Positions 60,045 to 64,000 of a stretch of DNA of 64,000 bases are shown here, piece by piece. The translations under genes were made by a program, and so were the position numbers. The stretch is from Promethearchaeota archaeon (GTDB lineage Archaea > Asgardarchaeota > Lokiarchaeia > Sigyniarchaeales > SOKP01), in assembly GCA_011364925.1 (NCBI GenBank), contig RDOA01000002.1, positions 32,001 through 96,000 of the forward strand, given 5' to 3'. Under the pieces are notes generated by a model. The model saw only the letters and a program-made list of their open reading frames with translations. It did not search any database and was not told the origin of the DNA. The number at the start of each line of letters is the position of its first letter. The stretch's first letter is position 1.

Positions 60045-60587
60045 ATGAGTAGAACTTCTACTTCCGATTTTCAATTTAAGATTCCGATAATAGGGGATGG
60101 CGGTGTAGGTAAAACCACGTTAACTCATCGCTATCTTCACGGATTATTTAAAGAGAGCTACCATTTAACGATTGGAGTAGATTTTTTTCTCAAAAAGCTT
60201 GAAATAGATGGGAAAAAAGTCTCTTTACAAATTTGGGATTTTGCTGGTGAAGAAAAATTTAGATTTTTACTACCTGGAGTAATCAATGGGGCTAATGGGA
60301 CCATTTTCATGTTTGATATAACAAGGTACGGGTCATTTGAGAATTTACCCAACTGGTTGGATGTTTTTAATAAGGCTAATGAAAATCACAATCAAGCAGT
60401 TCCTGCCTTGTTAGTAGGTAGTAAAACTGATCTCGCAGGAATTAGGACAGTTCCACCTAAAGAAGCTAAAGAATTCGCCCGGGATAATAATTTTATCAGC
60501 TATATTGAATGTTCTTCTAAAAGTGGTGAAAATGTAGAAGAACTCTTTAAAACAATTACTAAAATTATGATGGAAAAGGTAAAATAA
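60045..60587 (+). CDS. Rab-like small GTPase
   Basis: G1 GDGGVGKTT, G2 TIGVDF, G3 WDFAGEEKF, G4 GSKTD, G5 CSSK; no C-terminal prenylation Cys. Confidence 0.95.
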   Translation: MSRTSTSDFQFKIPIIGDGGVGKTTLTHRYLHGLFKESYHLTIGVDFFLKKLEIDGKKVSLQIWDFAGEEKFRFLLPGVINGANGTIFMFDITRYGSFENLPNWLDVFNKANENHNQAVPALLVGSKTDLAGIRTVPPKEAKEFARDNNFISYIECSSKSGENVEELFKTITKIMMEKVK

Positions 60588-60691
60588 CTTAGCATTTTAT
60601 TATCTATAAAGCTTTTATACCTTCTATTAATTATTAAAAAGTAATCATACACGAATTCTATTTTTAGTATGTAATTCCGTTATTCATACAT

Positions 60692-62317
60692 GTGATTATT
60701 ATGAAGTCAATGCACGAGTTGAGCGTACCAGTTCCGACGAAGCGATCTTTGGTCGTAAGGAGCAATAAAGAAGTATCAATGAAACAGAGAGAATACGCTC
60801 TGAAAGAAACAGAATATAGTATGTTTTCATTCCCTGCTGATATGCTTGTTTTAGATTTTCTTTCTGACAGTGGGAGTTCTTCAATGACTGATTTACAATG
60901 GGCTTCACTTTTTCACGGAGATGAGTCCTACGGTCGTAATAAAGGGTATTATGTTTTACTCGATGCTATAAGGGACACTTTTGAGAGAGGAAATGAACCC
61001 CAGAAAGCAATAAACCTGATTTTATCGGGGGAAACAAACGTAGAAAAACTTATGGACGAGTTGTATTTAAAATCCCATGAGGGTGGTTTTGTTAATGGAG
61101 GGATTCATCAACTAGCTCGTCCAAACGCATTTTTAGTACCTCAAGGACGTTGTGCGGAACATCTCTTATTCTCAACAATCGCTCCTATTTTAAAAGATAG
61201 AAATCCCGATATAGAGTACTATATTCCAAATAATGGCCATTTCGACACTACTGAAGCTAACATCGCTGCGAATGGTATGCATCCTGTTAATTTATTCTCG
61301 GTTAATTTATTTGAAGATTTCCCTTCCGATCAAATGTCCGCAAAAAACCCGTTCAAAGGGAATATGGATAGCAAAGAATTAGAAGCTTTCATTGAGGATA
61401 AAGGAGTAGAAAGTGTACCACTAATTTACTTAACAATTACTAACAACACCGCAGCAGGACAACCTGTGTCGTTAAAGAATATTAAAACTATAAGCGAGAT
61501 CGCTCGAAATTATGAAATTCCGCTTTTTTTCGACGCATGTAGGTTTGCCGAAAATGCGTATTTTATTAAAGAATTTGAGGAAGAATATCGTAATTACAGC
61601 GTAGTAGAAATCGTAAAAGAAATGTTTTCCTATGCTGACGGATTTACAATAAGTTTTAAAAAAGATGGGCTCGCTAACATCGGAGGAGGAATGTTTTTCA
61701 GAGACCAAGGAACTTTTTATAAGAAGTTCTCGGATAACGGAAACATTGGTATAAAGCTAAAAGAAAAACAGATATTAACCTTTGGTAACGATTCCTATGG
61801 GGGTCTTAGCGGGCGAGCGATTATGACTATAACTGTAGGACTTTATGAAATCGTTAAAGAGCAATACTTGAGAGAAAGAATACGTTTGGTGAGAGAATTT
61901 GCTTTAAAGCTTTCAAAAAATGGAGTACCGGTTGTTCTGCCGGCGGGGGGTCATGCCGTTTATATTAATGTGGAGAAATTTTTCGAAGGAACTGAAATGA
62001 AAATTGATGATTTTGGCGGGGTAGGATTTACAATAGAACTGCTAAAACATTATGGCATTAGAGCTTGTGAATTAGGTCCTTTTGCGTTCGAATGGGATAA
62101 AAAAACTCCAGAACAACGAAAAGGCATTTTAAACTTGGTACGTTTTGCAATACCGCGTAACGTATATGAATCTTCTCACATTGATTATGCTGTCGCAGCT
62201 GTAACAGAATTGTATAACAATAGAGAAAGAATTCCAAAAGTCAAAATCTCCCGAGGAGCTAATTTGAGACTTCGGCATTTCCAATCAGGATTGGAACCAA
62301 TCTATAATTCTCAATAA
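60692..62317 (+). CDS. tnaA: Tryptophanase-like PLP beta-eliminating lyase
   Basis: DFLSDSG, GDESY, QGR.AE, HFDTT, TNNTAAGQPVS, DACRFAEN, SFKKDG; C-terminal LRHF (TPL has LRFF). Confidence 0.82.
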   Translation: MIIMKSMHELSVPVPTKRSLVVRSNKEVSMKQREYALKETEYSMFSFPADMLVLDFLSDSGSSSMTDLQWASLFHGDESYGRNKGYYVLLDAIRDTFERGNEPQKAINLILSGETNVEKLMDELYLKSHEGGFVNGGIHQLARPNAFLVPQGRCAEHLLFSTIAPILKDRNPDIEYYIPNNGHFDTTEANIAANGMHPVNLFSVNLFEDFPSDQMSAKNPFKGNMDSKELEAFIEDKGVESVPLIYLTITNNTAAGQPVSLKNIKTISEIARNYEIPLFFDACRFAENAYFIKEFEEEYRNYSVVEIVKEMFSYADGFTISFKKDGLANIGGGMFFRDQGTFYKKFSDNGNIGIKLKEKQILTFGNDSYGGLSGRAIMTITVGLYEIVKEQYLRERIRLVREFALKLSKNGVPVVLPAGGHAVYINVEKFFEGTEMKIDDFGGVGFTIELLKHYGIRACELGPFAFEWDKKTPEQRKGILNLVRFAIPRNVYESSHIDYAVAAVTELYNNRERIPKVKISRGANLRLRHFQSGLEPIYNSQ

Positions 62318-62432
62318 TTAAAATAATGTTCGCAATTTAAAAAACAAAAAATCGCTCTTAGATTAAGATCTTTAACTTTTTTAGTATATTTCGTTATACT
62401 TAAAAAGTTAAAGTTATGCTTTCATTTTTTTT

Positions 62433-63368
62433 ATGCGTACTTATTATGGTAAAATAGGAGAACTTGAAGAGATTTTAATATCTTTACCCTTTTATTATTG
62501 CATGATAAAAAATGAATTTAGTTCCGTTCCAATTCTTGACAATTTTTATCAAACATCATCCTATTTTCCTATGCCCGTGGTACTTATAAGCACCATATCT
62601 CCTTCGGGAAAAACTAATTTAGGGCCATATTCACTTTGTTTTCCCTACATCATAGCTGAGAAGCATTCTATGTTATTAATTAGTCGTTCAAACAGTAATA
62701 CTGCTGAAAATATTAGAAGAGCTAAAGTATGTGCGATAAATTTTATCCCCTACAATAAGAAATTATTAAAAGAATGCGTTTTACTTGGGTACCCCGGAGA
62801 AACTACAGAAGAAAAAATGAAGAATAACAAATTTACCCTTATTCCCTCCCAGAGAACTCCTGAAGAGAAACAAGAGAATTTCATATATCCTGAAATTGTT
62901 GACGAAGCTATCCAAGTATTCGAGTGTACTTTAGACGAATCTTTTCCTACTTACAATAATGAAGTAACTCTCGAATCTCATTTCGTGCTTAATATTGACA
63001 AGATTCTTTTAAAGAACGAATGGAAAGAATTGCTATATGAAGGAAAAGAGTTTCCCGATTTACCAATCGACTTTGGCTATAGAAATAACATTAATTTCTG
63101 GTTTAGTAAGCATTCTGCTCCTTACGCTGAACCAATCCCTAAAGAAAAAGGAAATTCTGTAAACACAGTGATATATGCCGCTCAAAGAATAGACCCAGAA
63201 GTTGAATGGACCGATGAGGCTTGTGAAAAACTCGTAAAAGTCCCTCGCATCTTTTTGAAGAAGGTTCTAAAAGGGTGCGTTGAAATTGCTAAAGAAGAAG
63301 GTATCAGACTAATAACACCTGAATTCATGGACAAAATAAGAGATAAACGAGCTGTTGAGAAGCAATAA
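62433..63368 (+). CDS. Flavin reductase-like (split-barrel) protein with C-terminal PCP_red domain
   Basis: PMPVVLIST..GKTNLGPYS, SNTAENI, FEC; EWTDEACEKLVKVPRIF...EIAKEEG..IT; start probably at the internal MIKNEF. Confidence 0.8.
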   Translation: MRTYYGKIGELEEILISLPFYYCMIKNEFSSVPILDNFYQTSSYFPMPVVLISTISPSGKTNLGPYSLCFPYIIAEKHSMLLISRSNSNTAENIRRAKVCAINFIPYNKKLLKECVLLGYPGETTEEKMKNNKFTLIPSQRTPEEKQENFIYPEIVDEAIQVFECTLDESFPTYNNEVTLESHFVLNIDKILLKNEWKELLYEGKEFPDLPIDFGYRNNINFWFSKHSAPYAEPIPKEKGNSVNTVIYAAQRIDPEVEWTDEACEKLVKVPRIFLKKVLKGCVEIAKEEGIRLITPEFMDKIRDKRAVEKQ

Positions 63369-63494
63369 GCTTAAAAAAATTAAACTTCCTTAGCCTTACA
63401 TACTTCCAGTATCATAGGAAGAATTAAATCCAAAGCGATCTCTTTAAGACTATCCGGTGCTTTTAATAGATAAATCGCTTTTCCTAAAAAATCC

Positions 63495-63851
63495 TTATAT
63501 ATCGAGTGTTCTCAACCTTTGAGAAATATTCTTCCTTCTCAGAATCTTCATAAAATCGTCTTCTTTCTGTTTAAGTTTACCAAGAAAAGAATCCAACTTA
63601 TCAAAATTGTTGAACCAATGTTCTTCTCCGTTTACGATTATTTTAACGCCTTTTCTTTCGTTGTTATTGATAATTGCATATATCCCTCCTATTTCTGAAT
63701 CATGTTTTATAAAGATTTTTTCACCTTCCATATTATGATCTTTTTCATTTCCTTTTTTAGCCCAAAATTGATTTTTAAGAAGATAACTTCTATACATACT
63801 CATTTTTCCACACACACGACCTTTTATAATGTATTTTTCACAAGTCATCAT
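63495..63851 (-). CDS. Hypothetical protein, possibly frameshifted at its 3' end
   Basis: 118-aa ORF; alternative frames continue with protein-like sequence to about 63380. Confidence 0.45.
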   Translation of the reverse strand: MMTCEKYIIKGRVCGKMSMYRSYLLKNQFWAKKGNEKDHNMEGEKIFIKHDSEIGGIYAIINNNERKGVKIIVNGEEHWFNNFDKLDSFLGKLKQKEDDFMKILRRKNISQRLRTLDI

Positions 63852-64000
63852 TATATTGCTAATGATAACCCATAGAGTAGTATCTAAGTAATATAAGATC
63901 AGTTTTGATAATAGAATGCTGTGTTATCTGTATTATACGCAGGTATTACGCGAATATTAATTTCTAATTACTAATTTAACCAGTATTTACTTAGATGCGA

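Noticed and set aside
1962-61708. Numerous 60-160 aa ORFs antisense to or nested in longer genes (e.g. 4298-4516, 22553-22945, 31902-32384, 50018-50416, 57814-58137)
   Set aside because: Shadow frames of well-supported genes with no motifs of their own.
1-64000. tRNA, rRNA, SECIS/selenoprotein or CRISPR array
   Set aside because: No GC-rich structured islands, no TGA-interrupted recognisable enzyme and no regularly spaced repeats were seen by eye; a covariance-model scan was not possible.

Overview
AT-rich, gene-dense archaeal DNA, most consistent with an Asgard archaeon of the Lokiarchaeia type. This is inferred from a Rab-like GTPase, a degenerate Ras-fold protein, a membrane protein with a cytoplasmic longin-like domain, an IFT52/GIFT-like protein, the 'FKINKFITLEL...HCSNLQAW' domain, and archaeal tRNA-modification genes. 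The first ~37 kb is housekeeping and heterotrophic metabolism: rhomboid, Nth, Trm11-like, Taw2-like, acyl-CoA ligase, peptidase, FGGY kinase, a truncated pgi/dehydrogenase/eda sugar operon, and a non-pyrrolysine MttB + corrinoid + homocysteine-methyltransferase triplet. The standout feature is a ~21 kb, mostly minus-strand cluster (37926-59289). It holds three complete sets of ASKHA-ATPase activator plus DUF2229/HgdAB-like reductase modules, the architecture of the anaerobic bacterial plasmalogen synthase PlsA/PlsR and the glycerol ester reductase Ger. These sets are bracketed by a HAD phosphatase, a tandem double PlsC acyltransferase and a PlsC pseudo-enzyme. One reductase is fused to a DHCR24/Rv3719-like FAD C=C reductase. 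Four transcription units in the cluster share a conserved upstream box, and three of them also share a 27-bp core promoter. The inferred function is an archaeal pathway that makes fatty-acyl glycerolipids and converts them to vinyl or alkyl ethers. No rRNA, tRNA, CRISPR array or transposase was recognised. All family calls come from motif recognition by eye, not from database searches.
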